In this document: positions 57,279-64,000 of the stretch, piece by piece
Layout: every line of letters starts with the position of its first letter
Position numbering within the stretch: the stretch's first letter is position 1
UHGV virus genome: UHGV-1351068
DNA length: 64,000 bases
Origin: a virus
Reading direction: 5' to 3' (one strand)
Program-made: the position numbers and the translations under genes
The notes under the pieces: generated by a model
What the model saw: only the letters and a program-made list of their open reading frames with translations
What the model was told of the DNA's origin: nothing
Database searches by the model: none

Positions 57279-57569
57279 TTAGCAGTTAATTACCGCTTCA
57301 ATTCGTTTGGTTAAAGCACTAGCAGTTTTTGCGAATTTAATTTGAACAGTTTCGGTAGGAGCTTCTTCATGGTAAACTCGAACGTAGTACTCTTCAACAG
57401 CAGGCCAATCTTTACGAACATGCTTAATCAAATCTTTAAGTTCACGAGTTTCTGCTACATTGAACACTGCGTGTTCATGTTCACCTTTAATCCAAATCGC
57501 GCGATAACGATCAGGAGTACCGTAATTGTTATAACCACGTTCAATTTGGATAAAGTTGAATTTAGACAT
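57279..57569 (-). CDS. hypothetical protein (~97 aa)
   Basis: start moved to internal Met MSKFNF because early promoter (57605-57636) lies inside the longer ORF. Confidence 0.4.
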   Translation of the reverse strand: MSKFNFIQIERGYNNYGTPDRYRAIWIKGEHEHAVFNVAETRELKDLIKHVRKDWPAVEEYYVRVYHEEAPTETVQIKFAKTASALTKRIEAVINC

Positions 57570-57604
57570 TTTATTCTCCGTTACTCTGTTTTGTTTTGAT
57601 GGAG

Positions 57605-57636
57605 CTATAGTAACCGAGTTGATAGAGGAAGTAAAC
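57605..57636 (-). promoter_or_regulatory. early promoter (family)
   Basis: GTTTAC -N18- TACTATAG. Confidence 0.55.
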
Positions 57637-57755
57637 AACTTTGTGCAAAAAATTTTAGGGCATCTGGAGGAACTTTCTGGAAGCTAGAATGGATTTATAC
57701 AGCCGAGGATACAAAATGCCCTAGATGAATTCTAGGGCTGTAGGATTACATTTTA

Positions 57756-58340
57756 TTATACATTGTACGATAATTCTGTCTGACGACTGAGTTCAACAAG
57801 GTGATGATTCAGTTTAGCTAAAAGCGTTTTCACTTCACCGATATGCTGAGTTTCACGTGCAGAAGGTTTAGCACCTTGGGATTCACGATACTTCCACAGA
57901 TTATCGAAATAGAATTGAACTGCTTTATAAAGAGGACCATTATCTCTTACTAGTGGAAGAGCTTTATCAATAGCTTTAAACAGTTCACCTGAACCAATGA
58001 TGTCTCCATGGTCTCCACTAATTTTAAGGCCAGGAATATTTTTAGGTTTCGCTTTAACCGGAGCCGGTTTTGCGGCCGGTGCTTGTGCCGGAGAAGCTCC
58101 ACGTGCAGGTGTAGTAACCTTTCCGCCTAAACTTTCAAAGGCAGCTGCCACCTTAGCATAGTCTTTAGGATCGCTAATCCCAATACCATAAATCTTTTCC
58201 ACAGAAGCCGCAAATTTGCTAAAATCATGGCGTTCACCACGTGGAACCAATACCAGAGCGTCACGCCATTTCGATTTAGTCATGCGGCCAGGAGCTGCTT
58301 CAAAAAGCTCTTCTTCGGTTAAAAAATCTTTAAATTTCAT
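57756..58340 (-). CDS. hypothetical late protein (194 aa) with Ala/Pro-rich linker
   Basis: late promoter TATAAATA 58372-58379 upstream; ORF. Confidence 0.5.
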   Translation of the reverse strand: MKFKDFLTEEELFEAAPGRMTKSKWRDALVLVPRGERHDFSKFAASVEKIYGIGISDPKDYAKVAAAFESLGGKVTTPARGASPAQAPAAKPAPVKAKPKNIPGLKISGDHGDIIGSGELFKAIDKALPLVRDNGPLYKAVQFYFDNLWKYRESQGAKPSARETQHIGEVKTLLAKLNHHLVELSRQTELSYNV

Positions 58341-58371
58341 TGCAAAAAATCCTTAGTGTCGATTAAATTAC

Positions 58372-58379
58372 TATTTATA
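58372..58379 (-). promoter_or_regulatory. late promoter TATAAATA
   Basis: exact octamer 32 nt upstream of ORF 57756-58340. Confidence 0.6.
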
Positions 58380-58798
58380 CTAAAAAGCCCCGTCCGAAGA
58401 CAGGGCTCTAATAATCGACAGCATCACCCACTGGCAGATGACCTGCGAAATTCATTCCTTTGAACTCGGAGGCATCAGTCTCATCCAAAGGAGTATAGCG
58501 TCAGGAGGTTATGCTTGCGACAGTGAACAACCGACTTGCGGCAATGGACGAACCATTCTCTTCTATCTGACGACTCAACGAGGGCATACGCAAGTTTCCC
58601 TTCGAATTACATTACATCGTATTCTTCAACTAGATACTGATAATAGGAATCGTTTGCTTCAAGTTCTTCCGCATATGATGTTGCTTCGGATTTAGTGTGA
58701 AAAATCTTAAGAGGCAAAGAATATTCTTCATAGCCATATTCACAGTTCCAGTTATTTTTTACTACAGCATATACTTTCATATTTTCCTCATTAATTTT

Positions 58799-58878
58799 TG
58801 GTATGGGTAGGAATCGAACCTACAAGCCATTCAGCACCAGGGCCTCACGCTCTACCTATTTGAGCTATCACATACCAG
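58799..58878 (-). ncRNA. tRNA-like RNA, anticodon arm not resolvable by hand
   Basis: canonical T-arm GTAGG-TTCGATT-CCTAC, 3' CCA, D-arm GCTC...GAGC, but no 5-bp anticodon stem found (12-nt loop between AGGCC/GGCTT). Confidence 0.4.
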
Positions 58879-58882
58879 AATT

Positions 58883-58958
58883 TGGTGCCGGTTGACGGAA
58901 TCGAACCGCCGACCTTCTCATTACAAGTGAGTTGCTCTACCTACTGAGCTAAACCGGC
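58883..58958 (-). tRNA. tRNA-Thr (UGU)
   Basis: revcomp GCCGGTT TA GCTC AGTAGGTA GAGC A ACTCA CTTGTAA TGAGA AGGTC GGCGG TTCGATT CCGTC AACCGGC A CCA. Confidence 0.85.
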
Positions 58959-58963
58959 ATATT

Positions 58964-59044
58964 TGGTGAAGAATTACCTACGTCACTAGGTTGGCTGTTC
59001 TGTCCACTTAAGGCTTGCAGCAGGAACACCATGGCTTTTCACCA
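58964..59044 (-). ncRNA. candidate small stable RNA (~81 nt) with perfect 7-bp terminal stem and 3' CCA
   Basis: minus-strand 5'-TGGTGAA...TTCACCA-3'; lies between two tRNAs; no T-loop motif. Confidence 0.3.
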
Positions 59045-59079
59045 TTGATCCTCTCACGACTGAGACATTCTTCATAATT

Positions 59080-59164
59080 TGGTGCACCGAGAGGGATTCG
59101 AACCCTCAATCCCTGCGGCGTAGCATTTTAAGTGCTATGTGTATACCAGTTCCACCATCGATGC
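59080..59164 (-). tRNA. tRNA-Leu (UAA), type II
   Basis: anticodon arm TAGCA CTTAAAA TGCTA, long variable arm, T-arm GAGGG TTCGAAT CCCTC, CCA encoded. Confidence 0.85.
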
Positions 59165-59168
59165 GAAA

Positions 59169-59245
59169 TGGTCGAGGCAGAAGGATTCGAACCTTCGACC
59201 TGCGGATTAGAAGTCCGCTGCTCTATCCAGCTGAGCTATGCCCCG
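59169..59245 (-). tRNA. tRNA-Arg (UCU)
   Basis: D-arm GCTC AGCTGGATA GAGC; anticodon arm GCGGA CTTCTAA TCCGC; T-arm GAAGG TTCGAAT CCTTC; CCA. Confidence 0.85.
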
Positions 59246-59249
59246 AGAG

Positions 59250-59376
59250 TGTTCAGGCAGGACTCGAACCTGCACGACTGATTCCGTCGGCGATTTACCA
59301 CCGTCGCCAGCATATGATGCAATATGCGAGCTCAAAAGGTGTCCGTCACCATGTCTACCGATTTCAACACTGAACA
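59250..59376 (-). ncRNA. tRNA-like stable RNA candidate (~127 nt), analogous in position to T4 RNA C/D
   Basis: 7-bp terminal stem TGTTCAG/CTGAACA, tRNA-like T-arm GCAGG TTCGAGT CCTGC, GGTAGAC D-loop-like segment, too long for a tRNA, no CCA. Confidence 0.35.
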
Positions 59377-59387
59377 AGATAATTATA

Positions 59388-59864
59388 TTACTGATTATTT
59401 ATAGCATTTCTTAAACGATAAAGTTGATTACAGAATTCGCGTTCAGTCAAAATCGTTTCAGAAATTTTATTTTTACCCATACTGTGAGTGAGTGTAGAAT
59501 TCCTGGTAGCAGCCAAAGCTCTTCTGAATCCTTCATTTTTACTAAGTGCATCGTATGCTCCTGTCAGTAAATTCTGATACGCTTCTGAAGCACGATGGAT
59601 TGGCACGCCTTTCCAATAAAGTGTTTGTGTTGGCCACCACCGTTTCTTTTTACCTTTGAACTTAGCCGATTTACCAACTAGTGTACATACATGTGCTTGC
59701 ATTTCAGGCGAAGAAAATTTGAGGGACTGCAAGAATCCCTCCATTGAGGCACATTCTACGCCATCATAGATAAATTTATGAGGAGCAAAGTTGCTCAAAG
59801 CACATGATGGATATGAACTACCTGAACCAATATCCATTACTTTTCCTTCACGTATTTCAACCAA
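59388..59864 (-). CDS. NADAR (YbiA-like) domain protein
   Basis: 158 aa; YbiA/NADAR motifs ALSNFAPHKF and ASMEGFLQSLKF. Confidence 0.6.
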   Translation of the reverse strand: MVEIREGKVMDIGSGSSYPSCALSNFAPHKFIYDGVECASMEGFLQSLKFSSPEMQAHVCTLVGKSAKFKGKKKRWWPTQTLYWKGVPIHRASEAYQNLLTGAYDALSKNEGFRRALAATRNSTLTHSMGKNKISETILTEREFCNQLYRLRNAINNQ

Positions 59865-60394
59865 TCAACTTTTAACGGGCTTTCTTTTTGTTTATACGTA
59901 ATTCCAACATGGAATGCAACCGGGGCGTCAGGAATACGGATTTCTTCTTTAATGTCAAAGATTTCTACTTTCTCAAATACTCGCATGAAATCATAGTCAT
60001 ATTCAATTGGATTACCCAACCAAGCCTGAATAGCATACATAACTTCATTTGAACAAGAATAATGATCATCTAAATAAGCATCAAACTCTTCGTCTGAACA
60101 ATCATATGCAGGAACATCAACGCCAAAGAATTTCTTGGAAAATTCAGGAGTTACATACTTCTGTTCAGTATGAAGCTTTTCAAGAATTGCTTCATGGTTG
60201 TAATCATTATTTCCAAGGCATTCACAACGCCGACCACGAGAAGAGAACCATTCAAGAACGTGAATTACTTGATTAATCTCTTCTTTTTCTAAGCCATAAA
60301 CCATTTGGGTAGAATATCGGTCGGCATCATTTTCCCAAGTGGTAATTGCCATTGCTAAGCCTTTAGGAATAACTTGTCCAAATTTAACTTTCAT
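59837..60394 (-). CDS. hypothetical protein (185 aa)
   Basis: ORF embedded in tRNA island. Confidence 0.45.
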   Translation of the reverse strand: MKVKFGQVIPKGLAMAITTWENDADRYSTQMVYGLEKEEINQVIHVLEWFSSRGRRCECLGNNDYNHEAILEKLHTEQKYVTPEFSKKFFGVDVPAYDCSDEEFDAYLDDHYSCSNEVMYAIQAWLGNPIEYDYDFMRVFEKVEIFDIKEEIRIPDAPVAFHVGITYKQKESPLKVDWLKYVKEK

Positions 60395-60590
60395 TATACA
60401 TTCCTCATATCTATTCGTTCTAAGGTATATTCTTTAAGAACAATCTGTTGACCACTTTTCAACAAGAATAATTGAATAGGATTTAATCCAAACCCGTGTT
60501 CTAAATCATGGTCAGTTAAATTTCTGTCGCAATAATTGAAATACATGTCAATTCTAACGAGAATGGTTTTCATAACTCCTCACACGAATT

Positions 60591-60667
60591 TGGTGACCCT
60601 GGCAAAGACTCGAACATGCAACCAATCCCTTATGAGGGGAACGCTCTACCAATTGAGCTACAGGGCC
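60591..60667 (-). tRNA. tRNA with CAU anticodon, T4 tRNA-Ile(CAU)-like (Ile2/Met)
   Basis: GGCCCTG TA GCTC AATTGGTA GAGC G TTCCC CTCATAA GGGAT ...TTCGAGT... CCA; resembles T4 tRNA-Ile. Confidence 0.75.
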
Positions 60668-60696
60668 TTTATAGAAATCTTATGACTTTTATAAAA

Positions 60697-60712
60697 GCCC
60701 TCCGAAGAGGGC
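60697..60712 (-). terminator. UUCG hairpin inside tRNA island
   Basis: GCCCTC-TTCG-GAGGGC. Confidence 0.45.
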
Positions 60713-60744
60713 GCCTTGTCGGGCTATCCACCTGCTAGGCAGAA

Positions 60745-60969
60745 TTACTCACACATAAAATCAGCTACTTCCCAGAAGTCATTTTCAACTGCTACTTTAA
60801 CTACCGGAGAAATTTCAGATGTTTTAATAGAAACAATTACATCACCTGCGACAGTTTCTACCAGACCAACGATTTTCTCGCGGCGAGCAACAAATTTACT
60901 CACCGGATGGAATTTGCCGGTAGCAGCGAACATAGCTTCTTGGTCAACAATCAGTGCGATACGTTTCAT
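60745..60969 (-). CDS. hypothetical protein (74 aa)
   Basis: ORF in tRNA island. Confidence 0.4.
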   Translation of the reverse strand: MKRIALIVDQEAMFAATGKFHPVSKFVARREKIVGLVETVAGDVIVSIKTSEISPVVKVAVENDFWEVADFMCE

Positions 60970-61023
60970 TCTTTTTCCTTGTTTGTTTTGATGTAGTAAT
61001 AATAACAGGTTATTCTTGTAGCA

Positions 61024-61314
61024 TTAAATCTCGAAAATCGTTCCGTTTTCCCACATTGTTGCGAACATAGGAGAAACCTTAACGAATGATTTGCTTCGCA
61101 TTGCAACGTAGTCGTTATCTACTTTAGCCAATCCTGAAGCAATATCAGTAATACGGCCACACCTCATAGAACCACGACCACCTTTATTATATGTACGTTC
61201 TCCGTAGAAAACGATATCGCCAACTTGCACTTCTCGACCTTTAGAATCTTTCATCATATTTTGCCTGCTGAATTCGTTTAAAATCGTTAACAAGTTCTTT
61301 TGGGTCTGACGCAT
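61024..61314 (-). CDS. hypothetical protein (96 aa)
   Basis: ORF. Confidence 0.4.
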   Translation of the reverse strand: MRQTQKNLLTILNEFSRQNMMKDSKGREVQVGDIVFYGERTYNKGGRGSMRCGRITDIASGLAKVDNDYVAMRSKSFVKVSPMFATMWENGTIFEI

Positions 61315-61606
61315 TGTTAAATGGAAGAACTTGACGTAGTTTACTTATTTTACATCCGGTATGATAAGCAATAACTTCTTGAATATCACGTTCACTGAAG
61401 TACTCATATTTAATTAATGCTTCATATCTGCATTTAATCCAAACCCACATACCTTTGCGTTCATCAAAAGTGTATGCAAAATCAGCATGAAGCATTAAAT
61501 CACGTTCAGATTTACATAATCCTAAAGCAAAATTAGTTGGACGATTCCATTGTAATTTCACCGTAATAGCATTTACGCTATTTGCTACACCGATAAAGAT
61601 ATTCAT
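61241..61606 (-). CDS. hypothetical protein (121 aa)
   Basis: ORF (overlaps previous ORF 3' region in another frame). Confidence 0.4.
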   Translation of the reverse strand: MNIFIGVANSVNAITVKLQWNRPTNFALGLCKSERDLMLHADFAYTFDERKGMWVWIKCRYEALIKYEYFSERDIQEVIAYHTGCKISKLRQVLPFNNASDPKELVNDFKRIQQAKYDERF

Positions 61607-61812
61607 TCTATTTCCTTCGCTTGATTTTGGTCTTCTTGTCGTGCACGAGAACGTCCTGCTTTATGCAGTGATTCGTAATATGCTCGACGTCTATCAATGT
61701 TTTCTGTACGATATGCTTTCCCGAAATGGGATGTTTTGAAGCCGTAGTATTTCATAATATAATTCTCAATGGCAAGTGATTGGACGGTATGCCCGGCCTC
61801 GAACCGAGTCAC
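61603..61812 (-). CDS. hypothetical basic protein (69 aa)
   Basis: ORF. Confidence 0.35.
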   Translation of the reverse strand: MTRFEAGHTVQSLAIENYIMKYYGFKTSHFGKAYRTENIDRRRAYYESLHKAGRSRARQEDQNQAKEIE

Positions 61813-61930
61813 ACTGACTTTGCAGAATCCGTGTGTTTAATATATCACCCATACTCGATAGCATATCTGAACGAGACTGCAATCCCGCTACTCAGCTTAC
61901 ACCATCTTGTATTGTGTCATACCGATAATT

Positions 61931-62007
61931 TGGTCTCCATAGAATGACTCGAACATTCGACCTTTCCATCCCAAATGGAACGCTCTACCAGGCTGAGCTA
62001 TACGGAG
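61931..62007 (-). tRNA. tRNA-Pro (UGG)
   Basis: CTCCGTA TA GCTC AGCCTGGTA GAGC G TTCCA TTTGGGA TGGAA AGGTC GAATG TTCGAGT CATTC TATGGAG A CCA. Confidence 0.85.
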
Positions 62008-62012
62008 TAATT

Positions 62013-62087
62013 TGGAGCATCCAGGGAGAATCGAACTCCCATCTTCTGGGTGGAAGCCAGACATAATATCCGCTATACGATGGATGC
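62013..62087 (-). tRNA. tRNA-Gly (UCC)
   Basis: acceptor GCATCCA/TGGATGC; anticodon arm TCTGG CTTCCAC CCAGA; T-arm GGGAG TTCGATT CTCCC; CCA. Confidence 0.8.
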
Positions 62088-62092
62088 AAATT

Positions 62093-62168
62093 TGGCAGGC
62101 CCTGAAGGAATCGAACCCTCATCACTGGGTTTGGAGCCCAGCATAATAGCCGTTATACTAAGAACCTG
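62093..62168 (-). tRNA. tRNA-Trp (CCA)
   Basis: anticodon arm CTGGG CTCCAAA CCCAG; T-arm GAGGG TTCGATT CCTTC; 76 nt with CCA. Confidence 0.75.
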
Positions 62169-62174
62169 TTGTTT

Positions 62175-62250
62175 TGGTGCGAATACCTGGGCTCGAACCA
62201 GGGACCTACCGCTTATCGGGCGGTTGCTCTACCAACTGAGCTATATTCGC
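62175..62250 (-). tRNA. tRNA with GAU anticodon (Ile), unusual C33
   Basis: GCGAATA TA GCTC AGTTGGTA GAGC A ACCGC CCGATAA GCGGT AGGTC CCTGG TTCGAGC CCAGG TATTCGC A CCA. Confidence 0.6.
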
Positions 62251-62254
62251 GAAT

Positions 62255-62339
62255 TGGCGGAGAGTAAAGGAGTTGAACCCTCACCGTTTCCGATGGCCCG
62301 GATTTCAAGTCCGGTTTGCTACCACTAGCGCTACTCTCC
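62255..62339 (-). tRNA. tRNA-Ser (UGA), type II
   Basis: acceptor GGAGAGT/ACTCTCC; anticodon arm CCGGA CTTGAAA TCCGG; long variable arm; G CCA. Confidence 0.8.
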
Positions 62340-62344
62340 AATGT

Positions 62345-62420
62345 TGGGGTGGCCGGCGGAATTCGAATCCGCGACATCGAGGATCACAACCTCGGGTTCT
62401 ACCAACTGAACTACGACCAC
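62345..62420 (-). tRNA. tRNA-His (GUG)
   Basis: GTGGTCG TA GTTC AGTTGGTA GAAC C CGAGG TTGTGAT CCTCG ... discriminator C73 then CCA; no encoded G-1. Confidence 0.8.
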
Positions 62421-62515
62421 ATCAATATTCACTCCATCCATCATGAGGACTTCATACGGTAGCTAAAGCAGGTTCATGACTTCTGCCTACACATCGTGTT
62501 GAATGAATATTAATT

Positions 62516-62590
62516 TGGCTGAACCACCTGGACTCGAACCAGGGATCGTAGGATCAAAACCTACTGCCTTACCAACTTGGCTATGATTCA
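62516..62590 (-). tRNA. tRNA-Gln (UUG)
   Basis: TGAATCA TA GCC AAGTTGGTAA GGC A GTAGG TTTTGAT CCTAC ... TTCGAGT ... G CCA. Confidence 0.8.
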
Positions 62591-62596
62591 ATTGTT

Positions 62597-62673
62597 TGGA
62601 GGCGGAGGCAGGATTCGAACCTGCGCGTGTCGGGATATGAGCCCAACATTCTACCAACTGAAGTTACCCCGCA
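62597..62673 (-). tRNA. tRNA-Met (CAU), initiator-like
   Basis: anticodon arm TTGGG CTCATAT CCCGA with three consecutive G:C pairs 29-31/39-41; acceptor TGCGGGG/CTCCGCC with unpaired 1:72; irregular 8-10 region. Confidence 0.6.
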
Positions 62674-62834
62674 TTTATCCGGGTTCTTGAAGTACTAACA
62701 AGTAGCTTGATGTAGAACACGCTAAAGATATAATCTTACGAATATAGAGCTTATTCCGTGGGAACAAACAGCTTCGTCCTCGGCATTATCTTATAGGACT
62801 CAAACTCATCTTCAAGAACTGCCACGTTCTTATT

Positions 62835-62910
62835 TGGCGGACCTAACGGAATTCGAATCCGTGACTCTCGCGTGACAGGCGAGTATTTTAACCGCTGAAA
62901 CTATAGGTCC
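62835..62910 (-). tRNA. tRNA-Asp (GUC)
   Basis: GGACCTA TA GTTT CAGCGGTTA AAAT A CTCGC CTGTCAC GCGAG AGTC ACGGA TTCGAAT TCCGT TAGGTCC G CCA. Confidence 0.85.
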
Positions 62911-63140
62911 ATAATTCGCTTTCAGAGATACTCTGGCACGATGCCGAAGCAAAGGGGAACAGGACTCTCATCACCTTGGTACCAGATGAATCTTGTTTAG
63001 CACTCTGTTCTAAGATGTATCCCTGAAAGCGAACTTTCAACGCCGTAAGAAATTATAAGCACGTAGTTATCGTTGAGGGAACTCGTACACAGGGAATTCT
63101 ATGCCGACGATTTATCAGAACGTCTTCTGACTTCTTCATT

Positions 63141-63225
63141 TGGCGGGCCGTGCAGGTATCGAACCTGCCTAGTCATTTCTGACACGGATTAACAGTCCGT
63201 CGCTTACCCTCTCAGCCAACGACCC
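63141..63225 (-). tRNA. type-II (long variable arm) tRNA with anticodon GUU (Asn)
   Basis: GGGTCGT TG GCT GAGAGGGTA AGC G ACGGA CTGTTAA TCCGT GTCAGAAATGACTAG GCAGG TTCGATA CCTGC ACGGCCC G CCA; 3-bp D-stem and 15-nt variable stem-loop. Confidence 0.65.
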
Positions 63226-63230
63226 GAATT

Positions 63231-63307
63231 TGGTGGGACACCGAAGACTCGAACTTCGGACACCCGGATTAAAAGTCCGGTGCTCTAACCAACTGAGCTA
63301 GTATCCC
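63231..63307 (-). tRNA. tRNA-Lys (UUU)
   Basis: GGGATAC TA GCTC AGTTGGTTA GAGC A CCGGA CTTTTAA TCCGG GTGTC CGAAG TTCGAGT CTTCG GTGTCCC A CCA. Confidence 0.85.
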
Positions 63308-63313
63308 TAAATT

Positions 63314-63400
63314 TGGTGGGGAGTAATGGAGTCGAACCACTCGAGCCTTTTGAGCAACAGATTTACAGTCTGTCCCGCTACCCCTACGGTCTAACTCCCC
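63314..63400 (-). tRNA. tRNA-Tyr (GUA), type II
   Basis: acceptor GGGGAGT/ACTCCCC; anticodon arm CAGA CTGTAAA TCTG; long variable arm; A CCA; late promoter 13 nt upstream. Confidence 0.8.
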
Positions 63401-63412
63401 AATGGGTAATTT

Positions 63413-63420
63413 TATTTATA
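63413..63420 (-). promoter_or_regulatory. late promoter TATAAATA at head of tRNA island
   Basis: exact octamer 13 nt upstream of tRNA-Tyr 5' end. Confidence 0.55.
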
Positions 63421-63482
63421 CTGCCCTGAAATTAATAAGAGCAGTTGATAGATTAATAATAACAAAGAAAACCTAAAGCATA

Positions 63483-63893
63483 TTACACAATCGGTGAGCT
63501 CTTTGATTTAACCAGGAATACCCGATGTGGTGAATCCATATGAGAGAGCAATACCCGGTGCTCAGGAATTGGACTTGTATGGAAAGGAACCACACGATAG
63601 CCTTTAGGTGTAAATCCTAACAAAATACCAACACTTGCTGCCGAAAGCGACCCGCCACAGTAGTATGATACTAAATCACCAGGCTGGATTTCATTGTCAA
63701 GAGAATCGGTTTTTGTATGTTTAGGCGTAACTAAATCATTAGGAATTGGAACGCCTTGTGCATCATAGTATTCATGGGCAAGAAGCTTATAATTCTCTTG
63801 ATAGAAAGTATTAAATGCAGCTCTGATATTCATCACAATTTCCTCACAATTAATCTTTGTATGCTTCAGTTGAACCTTTAGCAACGGTTTCAA
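63483..63893 (-). CDS. hypothetical protein (up to 136 aa)
   Basis: ORF upstream of tRNA island; start uncertain (internal Met MNIRAAF possible). Confidence 0.4.
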   Translation of the reverse strand: MKPLLKVQLKHTKINCEEIVMNIRAAFNTFYQENYKLLAHEYYDAQGVPIPNDLVTPKHTKTDSLDNEIQPGDLVSYYCGGSLSAASVGILLGFTPKGYRVVPFHTSPIPEHRVLLSHMDSPHRVFLVKSKSSPIV

Positions 63894-64000
63894 ATCGGGA
63901 ATTCAGTATCTCAAAATAGTCTTGATACGTTCCCTGGAGGGCTTCATAGCATTCTTCTACTGTAGAGTAGACACCTCTGATTTGGTCAGAGCCAGGAGCA

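Noticed and set aside
59137-59373. 78-aa plus-strand ORF across the tRNA island (also 62050-62328, 92 aa)
   Set aside because: They span tRNA-Leu/Arg (and Gly/Trp/Ile/Ser) genes on the opposite strand. They are an artefact of GC-rich tRNA sequence.
61790-61850. T-loop-like motif CTCGG-TTCGAGG-CCGGG suggesting another tRNA
   Set aside because: No matching acceptor stem, D-arm or anticodon arm could be folded. The segment lies inside the coding ORF 61603-61812.
1-64000. CRISPR arrays, integrases/transposases, prophage att sites, rRNA
   Set aside because: No direct-repeat/spacer arrays, no tyrosine or serine recombinase motifs, and no rRNA-like sequence were seen. The window is a lytic T4-like replication/early region.

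Overview
The window is a T4-like (Tevenvirinae) myovirus segment, collinear with the T4 early/middle region from dexA-dda through the replication genes to lysozyme e and the tRNA island. Nearly all genes are on the minus strand and tightly packed.

Core T4 orthologs are recognisable by direct sequence resemblance to the T4 proteins (roughly 75-90% aa identity where I can align, so not T4 itself): dexA, dda, srd, one Mod-type ADP-ribosyltransferase, soc, gp56, gp61, sp, gp41, uvsX, gp42, imm, gp43, regA, gp62/44/45, rpbA, gp46/47, alpha-gt, gp55, nrdH/G/D, gp49, nrdC, rI, tk, regB, an internal protein, e and nudE.

Differences from the T4 layout:
- The beta-gt slot holds a GT-A-like (DxD) glycosyltransferase instead.
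- denV, I-TevI and the nrdD intron are absent.
- An HNH/NUMOD homing endonuclease sits between gene 61 and sp.
- A lipoprotein sits beside imm.
- There is a near-host-identical GrcA glycyl-radical spare-part gene.
- There is a macro-domain protein, and a NADAR-domain protein inside the tRNA island.
- A periplasmic trio includes a lytic transglycosylase.
- A PspA-like protein sits next to three small membrane proteins.
- A variable island (about 38.2-45.7 kb) carries an AAA ATPase, a Pol-beta-type nucleotidyltransferase, membrane proteins and a TraR/DksA zinc finger.
- The tRNA island (58.8-63.4 kb) is expanded to about 16-17 tRNAs plus tRNA-like stable-RNA candidates. One is a type-II tRNA with an Asn (GUU) anticodon and one is an initiator-like tRNA-Met.

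Regulatory signals read from the sequence: T4 late promoters (TATAAATA); a MotA-box middle promoter for alpha-gt; a family of about 12 near-identical early promoters (minus strand AAAAAGTAGTTTAC-N17/18-TACTATAG); and many UUCG-tetraloop terminator hairpins.

All functional calls are from motif and architecture recognition by eye. No database search was run.
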